A stretch of DNA of 64,000 bases, taken from assembly GCA_963701995.1 (NCBI GenBank), contig OY969693.1:1793512-1857511 (forward strand), read 5' to 3'. The notes beneath the pieces were generated by a model. It ran no database searches and was not told where the DNA came from. It was given only the letters and a program-made list of their open reading frames with translations. A program made the position numbers and the translations under genes. This DNA comes from Methanobacteriota archaeon. GTDB lineage: Archaea; Halobacteriota; Bog-38; Methanoflorentales; Methanoflorentaceae. This document shows, piece after piece, positions 10,590-19,107 of the stretch; within the stretch, counting starts at the first letter, position 1, and each line of letters opens with the position of its first letter.

Positions 10590-10796
10590 TCAACCGTCGC
10601 CGCGCACGAAAGGCTCGCCCCCACAGATGGAGTTGACAAGAGCGCTAATTCGAGCATCGTTAGAATTTAGCGCATCGTAATAATCTAGGATTGTCTTCAA
10701 AGAGTATCGGTTGTCGGTCAAATCATTCACTTTGTTGGCGACCATTGAGCGTAACAAGTCTTGGCGGAGCTTTTTGCCTTGCTGTTGCTGTTTCAC
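10590..10796 (-). CDS. small hypothetical protein translationally coupled to the primase gene
   Basis: GTGA start/stop overlap with the Prim-Pol stop codon; no recognisable motif. Confidence 0.4.
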   Translation of the reverse strand: MKQQQQGKKLRQDLLRSMVANKVNDLTDNRYSLKTILDYYDALNSNDARISALVNSICGGEPFVRGDG

Positions 10797-13363
10797 ATCA
10801 TTGAGACAGTCGTGGATGAGTCGTGGGTCTCCGACAAGTCTTCAGGTTGATCGGCGGCCTCTGAAGAGCTTCCGTTGTTAGCAACTTCGGAGGCGCTTCG
10901 CTCCGCTTCGGATCGTGTTTCCGAAATAGAATGAAGCGCGTTTTGGGCATCTGTTTCAGGTTGGGAAGGAGCTGTGGGTCTGTTCCATTTGTCGGTCGCG
11001 GCTGTTTCGGAACTTCGGTCGGGTGCGATGGAAGGAGATCCAATGGTGGGTATCTCGTATTCCTCCGAAGTACCGAAAGTAGTGTTAGTGTTATGTACAA
11101 TATGCCCGTTAACCCCCCCTAACCTGGAATCTAACCCCTCGCCGCCCTTCTCGCTATTTCGGAAGTCATCTCCGAAACAATCCGAAACAGTCCGAAGTTG
11201 CTGGTCTTCTTCCCAATATACAATCGATTCATAACTTTTGACCAGCGTCCACTCGGCTGGCAATGCGTAATGATTGCGCCCCCACCGATCACCTGTTTCG
11301 GGGTCAACATCGCTCTTTGAATAGAACTTCAATTCGGGTATCTTTTCAAGCATGCCCCTGTTATCGGACTTATACTGGCCGTGAATGAGTTCATAGATGT
11401 AACTGTTGCTCAGCCTGGTCTCATCCATGATCCTCCATAGATCACACGGTGAGTTGTCTCGTATAACCGATGCAACTAGTCTCTCTTTCTCATTCAACTT
11501 CGTTACCTGCTGAACGGCGACGGTCTTAAACAAGCCGAGTGCGTTATCGAAATCCTGCTTAATGGCTATGAGTGCGCCATCTTTATCAGTGCACCGCGCA
11601 GAGTAATTCAGGACGCAATACGCCTTGATGAAGTCGAGGAATATGGGAAAGTTGCGCCTATTTCGCACGTTCGTGAATTTTATGTTGTTAATAAATGGAA
11701 TTGTGACCGCATGACTAGTTTGATTGAGGTGCAAGAAAGCCCCCCTCAACAGTTCGACTTCATCATCCGCATAGAATTCTGAAAGGCCTGATTCAGCAAG
11801 CTTCCGCTGGTGCTGCTCGACCCTCTTGTCCTGGTCAGGCGACTCATCGACGTTCATCTCGACCTGCCGATTAAGGAGCTGAATCGTCGATTTGGTACTC
11901 ACACTGGTGAGCCAAAAAGCAACTCGCGGTGGCAATGACAGCGTTAGAGGGTTGCGCTTCCCGTCTAGCGTGAGATGTTCAGTGGGTGAATCCCAGTTGG
12001 TCATTGCTGCACGGACGGTCTGTTCGACATCGGGAGCCAAATTCACGTCATCACTAAATATCACCATTTTAGGCCGCAACTTGTCATCGTAGAACAGGGC
12101 TTTTGAGCTAAACGACGCAGCCAAGTACATTGTTGTGGGCATCAGATGGAGCACGGTTTTCGTGCTGTGCGTCTTTCCCATTCCGCTCTCCCCGCTCAAC
12201 TTTGGCTGCAAGCCGTTCGTGTTTATAACGGACAGGCTCGCCACTGATAGCATCAGCAATTCAGCCACTGGTTCATCGCCAACGTGGAATTTTTGCACGT
12301 TTCGCCTGAACAGTTCGATGAGCTTGTTGCCCTGGAAGAGGCTTTGAACCTCCTCGCTGCACTCTTCATTCAGCAAAGGCTCAACGGCGGGTCGCGGTGT
12401 TCCCGCAGGATACGTGCAACAGCTCTTCGCAATCATCGTCAGCTCTGAATCGTCGAGAGGAGTCTCGCAATCGTACTCGTTGATTCCCCTAAGAACTAGA
12501 AAGAGGCCGTCGGCTTGAAGTGCGTGAACTTCACGATAGTAAGAACCAACCCTAAAGAGTGTGACGTTTCGGCTTCCTACTGGTATTGGCTTCGTGTAAT
12601 CAAGAGCACCCTTGGTAACTTGGTTATCTAGGGTATGCGTGTCTACCAAGCACGCGGCATCATCGGCGCCTATCGCCTTCTGTACTCCGTGTAATGATAC
12701 GATATACTGCAACGCAGCTTCAGATAGCTTCGTTAACTTAATTGCGTCGCTTGGTGTGTCAGCATCACAAAACTCATAGCGTGCTCCGTCGGGATGAATC
12801 GATCCAGGGCCAACGACATAGCCTCCGGCGCCTTTCACGTCAATATGATCGGCGAGACGGTTGTAACTGTTTCGGATATCAAAACCGCAAGGATCGCAGT
12901 ATAGTTGATATCCTCCTCCAGTTTTCACCAACGTTCCGACTTCAAATGTGCCTAGTTTATCCTGCACCTCTTTGATCTTCGCAGCTATTTCGTCAGGGTT
13001 TATTCCGTCTAAGTCAATAACGAAGAAATGTTTTCCGGTGACAATCCCGTAATTAGATTCAGGATATCTCCGAGCCCATTCGAGGATTACGTCCTCGTCA
13101 GTCGAAGCTTTAGCTTGCCATCCTGTAAAGAGGGGCTCTTTGCTCTTTTGCTTGAGAGGAAAAACCTTGAATCCTTGACTTGCCATAAAGAAAGCGCAGG
13201 ACCAAGTGTGGCTTGCTACAAAATGTCTACGGCCCCTCGCCGGCGACGCATGAGCTTTGTAACCATTGTCGCCAAGTTCAACTGAGTGGATCGCTTCTTC
13301 GGTTTTCTTTAAAAAAGTGTTGCTTTCCTCTAGGGTTTCTTCTCTTTTTCTCGTATGCTGCAA
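10793..13363 (-). CDS. bifunctional DNA primase/polymerase (Prim-Pol) + PriCT + P-loop helicase + HTH replication protein
   Basis: GFKVFPL, NYGIVTG, VIDLD, IDVKGAGGYVVGPGSIHPDG; GSRNVTLF...PLDDSEL (PriCT); GESGMGKT Walker A; HTH near the C-terminus followed by a low-complexity tail; start uncertain. Confidence 0.85.
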   Translation of the reverse strand: MQHTRKREETLEESNTFLKKTEEAIHSVELGDNGYKAHASPARGRRHFVASHTWSCAFFMASQGFKVFPLKQKSKEPLFTGWQAKASTDEDVILEWARRYPESNYGIVTGKHFFVIDLDGINPDEIAAKIKEVQDKLGTFEVGTLVKTGGGYQLYCDPCGFDIRNSYNRLADHIDVKGAGGYVVGPGSIHPDGARYEFCDADTPSDAIKLTKLSEAALQYIVSLHGVQKAIGADDAACLVDTHTLDNQVTKGALDYTKPIPVGSRNVTLFRVGSYYREVHALQADGLFLVLRGINEYDCETPLDDSELTMIAKSCCTYPAGTPRPAVEPLLNEECSEEVQSLFQGNKLIELFRRNVQKFHVGDEPVAELLMLSVASLSVINTNGLQPKLSGESGMGKTHSTKTVLHLMPTTMYLAASFSSKALFYDDKLRPKMVIFSDDVNLAPDVEQTVRAAMTNWDSPTEHLTLDGKRNPLTLSLPPRVAFWLTSVSTKSTIQLLNRQVEMNVDESPDQDKRVEQHQRKLAESGLSEFYADDEVELLRGAFLHLNQTSHAVTIPFINNIKFTNVRNRRNFPIFLDFIKAYCVLNYSARCTDKDGALIAIKQDFDNALGLFKTVAVQQVTKLNEKERLVASVIRDNSPCDLWRIMDETRLSNSYIYELIHGQYKSDNRGMLEKIPELKFYSKSDVDPETGDRWGRNHYALPAEWTLVKSYESIVYWEEDQQLRTVSDCFGDDFRNSEKGGEGLDSRLGGVNGHIVHNTNTTFGTSEEYEIPTIGSPSIAPDRSSETAATDKWNRPTAPSQPETDAQNALHSISETRSEAERSASEVANNGSSSEAADQPEDLSETHDSSTTVSMM
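10880..11202. repeat. dyad-symmetric array of TCCGAA/TTCGGA motifs (candidate replication origin)
   Basis: Nine exact hexamers plus near matches; nested inverted repeats share one axis at about 11041-11042. Confidence 0.8.
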
Positions 13364-13567
13364 GATCTCACGGCCAGATGATGTATCTGGCTATGCGGGA
13401 ATATGTGAGAACGAAGTCTAATAATAAGAAACGCTTGACGCGTTATAAAGGAAACCGTTGGAATCGACATGCTTTTCTATTCTTTGTAATAAGTATAGCT
13501 CGCACGGCTATTTCTTTTTGACAGCGCAAAAATAGCCTCTTCTTAACGCTACATTGCAAACTAGAAA

Positions 13568-14320
13568 ATGAATTCGGCAATGCTGATTTTAGGCTGCATT
13601 ACGCCTGAGGAAATATCAGTGGCCGCCGATCTGGCCATACTTCTAGTAGCTTTTATTAGCGTGGTTACGTTCTTGTTATGGAGATTACTCAACATACGAA
13701 GCAGCAAGGGGGTTCTCGCACTAGCGATTTCCCCTCCTAGCGTTTCGTCTCCGTTAATCACATTCGGACACAGAGATCCCGCTGCCGCCACACCGGACGT
13801 TGCCAACATTGAGCAACCGATTTTGCCCGTCTTAGTCCTTATACAATATTCTTTGCTAAACGCCGACATTTTTCCAGAAATACTCGGAGATGCTTCTCTG
13901 CAAATCAAACACCTTGCAACTGGCAATAAATATCAGCTGAGTCCCCGAATGACTTCCAAAGCTGATATGCCGACTGAGAAAACCAATCGAGAAACAAGAC
14001 TAGTGGCAACCGCACCTTTTAGAGAACTTTTGCTTAAGCCTCGAACAGATGAGCAAATTTGGTTATTCTTTGTCCCCATTGAGGAACGGGATTTGTCACT
14101 TGGTAACGTAGCCTCTGGCGATTATGAGGCAATATTGAAGCTTAAGAAACGAAAATTTTGGTGGGTTGAAGAGGCTGTGGTCTTGAAGTTCACGGTCGAA
14201 GAAGCATTTGCTGGATTTATGCAGAGCGTCACTATCATACTAAAGATTCCCGAAGCAGGTCTTTCAGTCATTTGCAACAAAAAATGGTGGCAATTTTGGA
14301 AAAGAAAGCTACCGCTTTAG
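13568..14320 (+). CDS. membrane-anchored hypothetical protein
   Basis: N-terminal hydrophobic helix; C-terminal KKWWQFWK amphipathic motif. Confidence 0.55.
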   Translation: MNSAMLILGCITPEEISVAADLAILLVAFISVVTFLLWRLLNIRSSKGVLALAISPPSVSSPLITFGHRDPAAATPDVANIEQPILPVLVLIQYSLLNADIFPEILGDASLQIKHLATGNKYQLSPRMTSKADMPTEKTNRETRLVATAPFRELLLKPRTDEQIWLFFVPIEERDLSLGNVASGDYEAILKLKKRKFWWVEEAVVLKFTVEEAFAGFMQSVTIILKIPEAGLSVICNKKWWQFWKRKLPL

Positions 14321-14924
14321 CAAATGAAGTAAATGTTTCTTTGTTAGTATCTAGCACGTTTTAGCGACGAAGATATTGCGATACTGCGAGATCGAAGCTC
14401 ATGCGGCATCGCTGAAAAGTTCAGCCCGACTTAATCCATTTGCTAAATAGAAGACTTACCCTAGATCAGCCTTTTTGAGCAAATAAACGAGCTAAAAGCA
14501 AATAAGCAACGATTGAACGTAAATTTGATTCGCAAAAACAAGCAAGTAACGACAGTTAGCAAAAAATTGACGAATTTTTGGACATCAACCGTCAAAAAAT
14601 CCGTTTTTTCGTTGCAGCTTCGTTTTGATGATTAGGCAGGCCGCACTGGGACGTGACGGGGATAGGCATATATTTCGTAGAAAACAGTTTTTCATTATGT
14701 ATGTGGGGGGGCGCGTAGCAATTTTTGGGCAGGCCCCTGAACCGCGAGTAATGAAGTTATGCGTCTAATGCTTGTGTCTTGAACTTGGAGCTGTGTCCCA
14801 CCCCAAGTGGTTTTGAGGGTCGTTGTTCGCTTCACGTAAAACTCGCGAATCTTTAGAGCGCGAAGATCCTTGTCCGACAGCAGCTTACAAAGCGGCGTGC
14901 GCTCGACAGCTTAATGTCTCAAAA

Positions 14925-15386
14925 TTAGCCATTACACTTCTCATCTATAGCTGTCTGATCAGCTTCCAATTCCCTCAATTGCCCTTCCAAACGTTCGATT
15001 TCTGAAGTAACATTGGCGAGAGATCTAGAGATAGTAACCATTTTCGCCTTCCTTTGCTTAACGAGTGAATTGACAAAGACGCGGCGTGATTCTCCGGCTA
15101 ATTGCTTTATCTCTTCTTCAACCTCAGTGCATTCTCGGTCAAATTCCGCTAAACGTTGTTTGGCTTGTCGGATAGCATCTGCTGCGTCGTCCAAAGCGCG
15201 ATTAATTATGTCTGCAGCTTCTTCTTCTGAAGTATCTGCGTTCACTTGCAGATTTATGAAGCTTGCTGCTTCATTCACCATTCTCGTGAGTTCTTTTTCT
15301 ACGTTGTAAGATTTGCGCTGCGTTAGATCCGTATAACGTCCAAGCCAGTAGGTCAAACGCTCGTTTTCGTGTGTTGGATCCTTCAT
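14925..15386 (-). CDS. coiled-coil hypothetical protein
   Basis: E/K/A/L-rich heptad pattern; AAGGA upstream of ATG. Confidence 0.6.
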   Translation of the reverse strand: MKDPTHENERLTYWLGRYTDLTQRKSYNVEKELTRMVNEAASFINLQVNADTSEEEAADIINRALDDAADAIRQAKQRLAEFDRECTEVEEEIKQLAGESRRVFVNSLVKQRKAKMVTISRSLANVTSEIERLEGQLRELEADQTAIDEKCNG

Positions 15387-15541
15387 TTTCGTTCCTTTGT
15401 TCTGCGAGTTGACCTTTGAGAAGGGCAGTGATTAGTCCAATAGATGCAAGATGTAGCCACAGAGAATTATCAAATGAAAATACGAGTCATCAACGTTTGA
15501 TCTCGGGAGCGATATCTTGGTAGCCTTCCTATGGATTTAAT

Positions 15542-16438
15542 TCATTTTTCAGCGCCATTGGCTAGCACGCCGGCCTTGACTGCTTTTGGGAACAGGTAAT
15601 TCACAAAAGCGGAGCAAGAGACCAACATAAACTGTGCATCTTCTAGGTTTAAGTTTGGTTCATCGAGCAATGCATGGCGTATGCCATTTGCGTCACTGGT
15701 GTACCCATACAAGCTGCTGAAGGCCTGACGCAGGGCGCCATGTAGTTTTATTTTGCCAGCTCGTTCTATTTTGTTCAATGCGTCCCCTAGAGTTGCTTTT
15801 TCTCCTGCAATTTTTACACAGATTGACTCGACAGCACTAATTGACTCTTTGATTGAATTTCGATAGACGAGATCGCCGAGTCTCTCTCGGTCGGACAATA
15901 GTTTTAAGGCGTCTCGCAAATGTATGTGAGCCCCTCTAAGCGCCGGAAGGGTCGTAGTAGTGTTCAAAGCCTCTTCGACTGCGCCACGTTCTTCAGTAGA
16001 TGCAATAGGTGCAATGACTCCTGAGACGAAACGGTAGCCTGAACGCTCTTCTTCTAGGAGCTTGTTGGACTCTTCCATGAAACGAGCACTAATGTCTGCG
16101 TTTGGGTACTCGTTTGCGATGAATTCTATGAAATCGTAGACCTGGAACCATTTGAATTTAGAGAATAAACCCCTCAGCTGGAGACAATACACAGGCCAAA
16201 CGTCGACGATGAGGCTCCACATAGGTTGCTTGAAGAATTCATCCTGCAATCTTCGTGAAAACGATTTCGTAGAGTCTTTATTGTCTTCCTGCGCGGCATC
16301 TTGCCAAAAATACTTGTCTAGAGCGTTCCAAATGCGATTTCGCAAATCATCATCAATATCGTCGATCTGAACAAACGTTTTTACCGGTGTTTGCCCTTGC
16401 CTTTGGGAGAATGGAAGTTTGGGGTCTTCAGGGCTCAT
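15542..16438 (-). CDS. AbiJ N-terminal-domain (NTD4-like) protein with HEPN-like C-terminus, predicted abortive-infection defence
   Basis: FSQRQG...DDLRNRIWN...WFQVYDFIEF; YRNSIKESISAVES; LYGYTSDANGIRHA. Confidence 0.75.
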   Translation of the reverse strand: MSPEDPKLPFSQRQGQTPVKTFVQIDDIDDDLRNRIWNALDKYFWQDAAQEDNKDSTKSFSRRLQDEFFKQPMWSLIVDVWPVYCLQLRGLFSKFKWFQVYDFIEFIANEYPNADISARFMEESNKLLEEERSGYRFVSGVIAPIASTEERGAVEEALNTTTTLPALRGAHIHLRDALKLLSDRERLGDLVYRNSIKESISAVESICVKIAGEKATLGDALNKIERAGKIKLHGALRQAFSSLYGYTSDANGIRHALLDEPNLNLEDAQFMLVSCSAFVNYLFPKAVKAGVLANGAEK

Positions 16439-16514
16439 TTTACTCTCGCATACAAATAACTGAACTAGACTGTTTGTTTTGATGTCGGATAAACTTTTTC
16501 AGGAGGACAGCACA

Positions 16515-16697
16515 GATGAGAACGTGCCCCCAGGCACTCAGATAAATATCATAAGCGTACTCAGGCAGCGGATGCTTGTAAAACAGCCAATCAATGCCAG
16601 AAACTCCGTGAGTCATAATGTAGTTCTTGTTTGACTGATCCACTTCCGTAAATGGGTCTGCTGCTCACAAAGTGTTTTGAGATCTGGAAAATGACCC
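16515..16697 (-). pseudogene. frameshifted remnant of a second integrase C-terminus
   Basis: GHFPDLKTLCEQ..W / DQSNKNYIMTHGVSGIDWLFYKHPLPEYAYDIY..WG mirrors the adjacent integrase; 1-bp deletion at W-D. Confidence 0.85.
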
Positions 16698-16725
16698 GAC
16701 ATCAAGATCTATTCTAGTGACGCAG

Positions 16726-18018
16726 TTAGATTGTCAAGTCGACATTTCCCCAGTATTTCATGTAGATGTCATACACATGCTCGGGCAGCGGATGCTTGTA
16801 GTGCTTCCAATCAACTCCGCTAACTCCGTGTGTTAAAACATACGCTCGGTTTGACTGATCCCATTGGATAACGTCGCCATGCTGCTCCGCAAATTTTCGC
16901 AAATCTCCAAGCACAAAATGCCCTTCAAAGTGCGACATCGGGATTTTCTGACGCTTCATCCACATTTGGAAGCTATGATATCCAAACGCGCTTTCCTCGT
17001 TCTTACAGTCGCAAAGCACTGCTTGCATAGCTTCGACTACCTGCGAATGAAGGGGCACGTAGTGTTGCATCCGAATCTTATCTTGCGACGGGTCGACGGT
17101 GAGTACAGGTTTTTCGGACTGCAACGCTTCCCGAAACTGTCCGACAGTCAGCTTCGCAATCGTCGATACACTTCGCTGCCCTGTGAGCGCACCGAAAATA
17201 ACGAATGCGTTATACTGAGCTGCCCTTTCGGCGCCAATGTCTCCACGTTCTTCGGCGTGCTTGATGTAACGGAGAACGTTTTCGATATCATCCTTGGTGA
17301 CAATTCGCTCAGTTACGTTTTTGCGTTCTTTGACCGTTTTCGGACGCTCTAAGTAGGGAGAGAAACTCTGGTATCGTGGTTTAGAATGTGTCGTGGCGAG
17401 AAACTTTAGGAACGACGTTGCGAAGCCGAGTACTTTAGAGTGTGAATCGGCTGACTCGTACTTGTTAAGCACGTTTTGTCTGAATTCCTTCAGGCTATGC
17501 GGCGAAACCTCTCCCTTTGTAGACTTCCATAACTCTATTGAAGCTCGCTCTATCCAATCCTGCGATTTTTTAGCGAGCCGTTCTTTCCTGTGAGCTGTAA
17601 AGCCATTAAGGTCAGATTTTGAAAAACTGAGTTGTAGCTCGTCAGATGTGGCCTGTTCGCGAATTTCTTGCGTTTCAGCGGGGTTGTAAATAGGTTTTTC
17701 GTAAGTCTCTAGAATATCTTTAACGGCTTCTATTGTTTCAACGTCAACCGTCCTTATTTTTTGAGCTTTGTGCCACGCGCTTCGCACACTCTCGTCCAAA
17801 TGAGCATAGTCCTCGTCCTCGTCTGCTATCAGCTCTTCTGTGCTAAATTCGAGGCCTTCGTCGAGCGACCCGTCAGGGAGTCTGGTGTGGACGATAATTC
17901 CGCCACCGTAGTCGACGATGACAGTTTCTGGCGGTTCTTTTTCGTTTTCGTCATTTTCAGCAGAAGTTGGCAACTCATGAGAAGTTGGCAACTTTTCTTC
18001 GTCATCATCCGCCACCAT
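16726..18018 (-). CDS. tyrosine recombinase / integrase (archaeal tRNA-targeting)
   Basis: TGQR, DKIR..HYVPLH, GDLRKF, LTHG, KHY correspond to the R-K-(H)xxR-H-Y set; lies next to the tRNA 3' end; frame stays open back into the tRNA (18099). Confidence 0.8.
   Translation of the reverse strand: MVADDDEEKLPTSHELPTSAENDENEKEPPETVIVDYGGGIIVHTRLPDGSLDEGLEFSTEELIADEDEDYAHLDESVRSAWHKAQKIRTVDVETIEAVKDILETYEKPIYNPAETQEIREQATSDELQLSFSKSDLNGFTAHRKERLAKKSQDWIERASIELWKSTKGEVSPHSLKEFRQNVLNKYESADSHSKVLGFATSFLKFLATTHSKPRYQSFSPYLERPKTVKERKNVTERIVTKDDIENVLRYIKHAEERGDIGAERAAQYNAFVIFGALTGQRSVSTIAKLTVGQFREALQSEKPVLTVDPSQDKIRMQHYVPLHSQVVEAMQAVLCDCKNEESAFGYHSFQMWMKRQKIPMSHFEGHFVLGDLRKFAEQHGDVIQWDQSNRAYVLTHGVSGVDWKHYKHPLPEHVYDIYMKYWGNVDLTI
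17962..17993. repeat. tandem 14-bp direct repeat AGAAGTTGGCAACT, each copy containing the palindrome AGTTG-G-CAACT
   Basis: Copies at 17962-17975 and 17980-17993. Confidence 0.7.
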
Positions 18019-18046
18019 TTTAGCCTCTAAATCAGAAAAAGAACGA

Positions 18047-18120
18047 TGGGCTCGGCCGGATTTGAACCGGCGACCTCCGCCGTGTGAAGGCGACGTCATA
18101 ACCGCCTAGACCACGAGCCC
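18047..18120 (-). tRNA. tRNA-Val(CAC), intronless, CCA not encoded
   Basis: GGGCTCG acceptor stem, TCGCC-TTCACAC-GGCGG anticodon arm, GGTTCAAATCC T-loop; T-rich tract downstream. Confidence 0.97.
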
Positions 18121-18228
18121 TGCTTCTCACGTCCTTTGCAAAACAGATAAGTTTATCGTTCGGCTCATACTCATTTTGTTACAGAAACCGCGAGGAAAGC
18201 CGTTTTCGGGCTCCTCCGACGGCGCATC

Positions 18229-19107
18229 ATGCACAACAACTATAAATCGACTGAGTTTTCTGACATTGATCTCAGCCGCTGGAAGGACTACGACGACGTC
18301 ATTCTCGACTCTTTATGGCTGCTCGGCCCGCGAGGCAAGACCGGGCCGCACGTCGGGGACTACTGGGGCAACTTCATCCCCCAGATTCCGTATCAGGTCT
18401 TGACCCGTTTCACGAAGCGCGGTGAGGCCGTCGTCGACCTCTTTAGCGGCATGGGCACGACGCTTATCGAGTGCAAACGGCTCGGTAGAGCCGGACTCGG
18501 CGTTGAGATCGATCCGGGCGTGGCAGAACGCTCGCTGGAACGAATAAACAGCGCAGAAAACCTGTACAACGTTCCGGTCGCCGTGCTTGTGGGTGACTCA
18601 ACGACAGCGCTTGCGGCGAAGCGTGTGCGCGCTACGCTTAGGGAATGGAACGTCAATGCGGCTGACTGCGTCATCTTGCATCCGCCCTATCACGATATAA
18701 TCCGCTTCAGTGAGCTCGAGGGCGATCTGTCGCGCGTGCCAACGGAAGCAGCTTTCTTGGATAAGATCGGTCTGGTCGCGCGACACGCGTATGACCTGCT
18801 CAAACCGGCCGGGTTCATGGCGCTCGTGATCGGTGACAAGTACGTGGACTCGCGGCTCGTCCCGCTCGGATTTATGTGCATGCAGCGCTGCGTGGATGCA
18901 GGCTTTGTGCTCAAAGCCATCAACGTCAAGGAGATCATCAACAACGAACGCGGCAAGGGAAAGAACGGTAACCTATGGAAGTACCGCGCGCTCGTGGGCG
19001 GCTTTTATCTGTTCAAGCACGAGTACGTGATGATCTTTCGTAAGCCCGCGGCGAGCAGGCGCGCACCTAAAGCCGAAAGCCTAAAGCCTAAAGATGCCGC
19101 GCCATAA
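18229..19107 (+). CDS. orphan amino (N6-adenine/N4-cytosine) DNA methyltransferase with HPPY motif
   Basis: GNFIPQIP, DLFSGMGTT (motif I) precedes ILHPPY (motif IV), C-terminal HEYVMIF. Confidence 0.8.
   Translation: MHNNYKSTEFSDIDLSRWKDYDDVILDSLWLLGPRGKTGPHVGDYWGNFIPQIPYQVLTRFTKRGEAVVDLFSGMGTTLIECKRLGRAGLGVEIDPGVAERSLERINSAENLYNVPVAVLVGDSTTALAAKRVRATLREWNVNAADCVILHPPYHDIIRFSELEGDLSRVPTEAAFLDKIGLVARHAYDLLKPAGFMALVIGDKYVDSRLVPLGFMCMQRCVDAGFVLKAINVKEIINNERGKGKNGNLWKYRALVGGFYLFKHEYVMIFRKPAASRRAPKAESLKPKDAAP

Larger units (their letters stand above)
1729..18046. mobile_element. integrated element at tRNA-Val carrying integrase, Prim-Pol/helicase, type I RM and Abi-like genes (left boundary uncertain)
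   Basis: Tyrosine integrase abuts the tRNA 3' end; plasmid/phage-type primase-helicase; defence cargo; AT-richer intergenic DNA; no distal att repeat found by eye. Confidence 0.75.

Noticed and set aside
10391..10657. 88-aa minus-strand ORF downstream of the primase operon
   Set aside because: It overlaps the 68-aa ORF, its start is uncertain and it has no motif; support is insufficient.
10880..11202. CRISPR array or MITE interpretation of the repeats
   Set aside because: Units are 6-14 bp in both orientations without 30-40 bp spacers, no target-site duplication was seen, and the reading frame is intact.
16515..16930. Diversity-generating retroelement TR/VR pair
   Set aside because: Mismatches are not adenine-specific and there is no reverse transcriptase in the window.
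1..18046. Distal att repeat (copy of the tRNA-Val 3' end)
   Set aside because: No match to TGGGCTCGGCCGGATTTGAACC was found by eye in the intergenic regions; it is probably outside the window or eroded.
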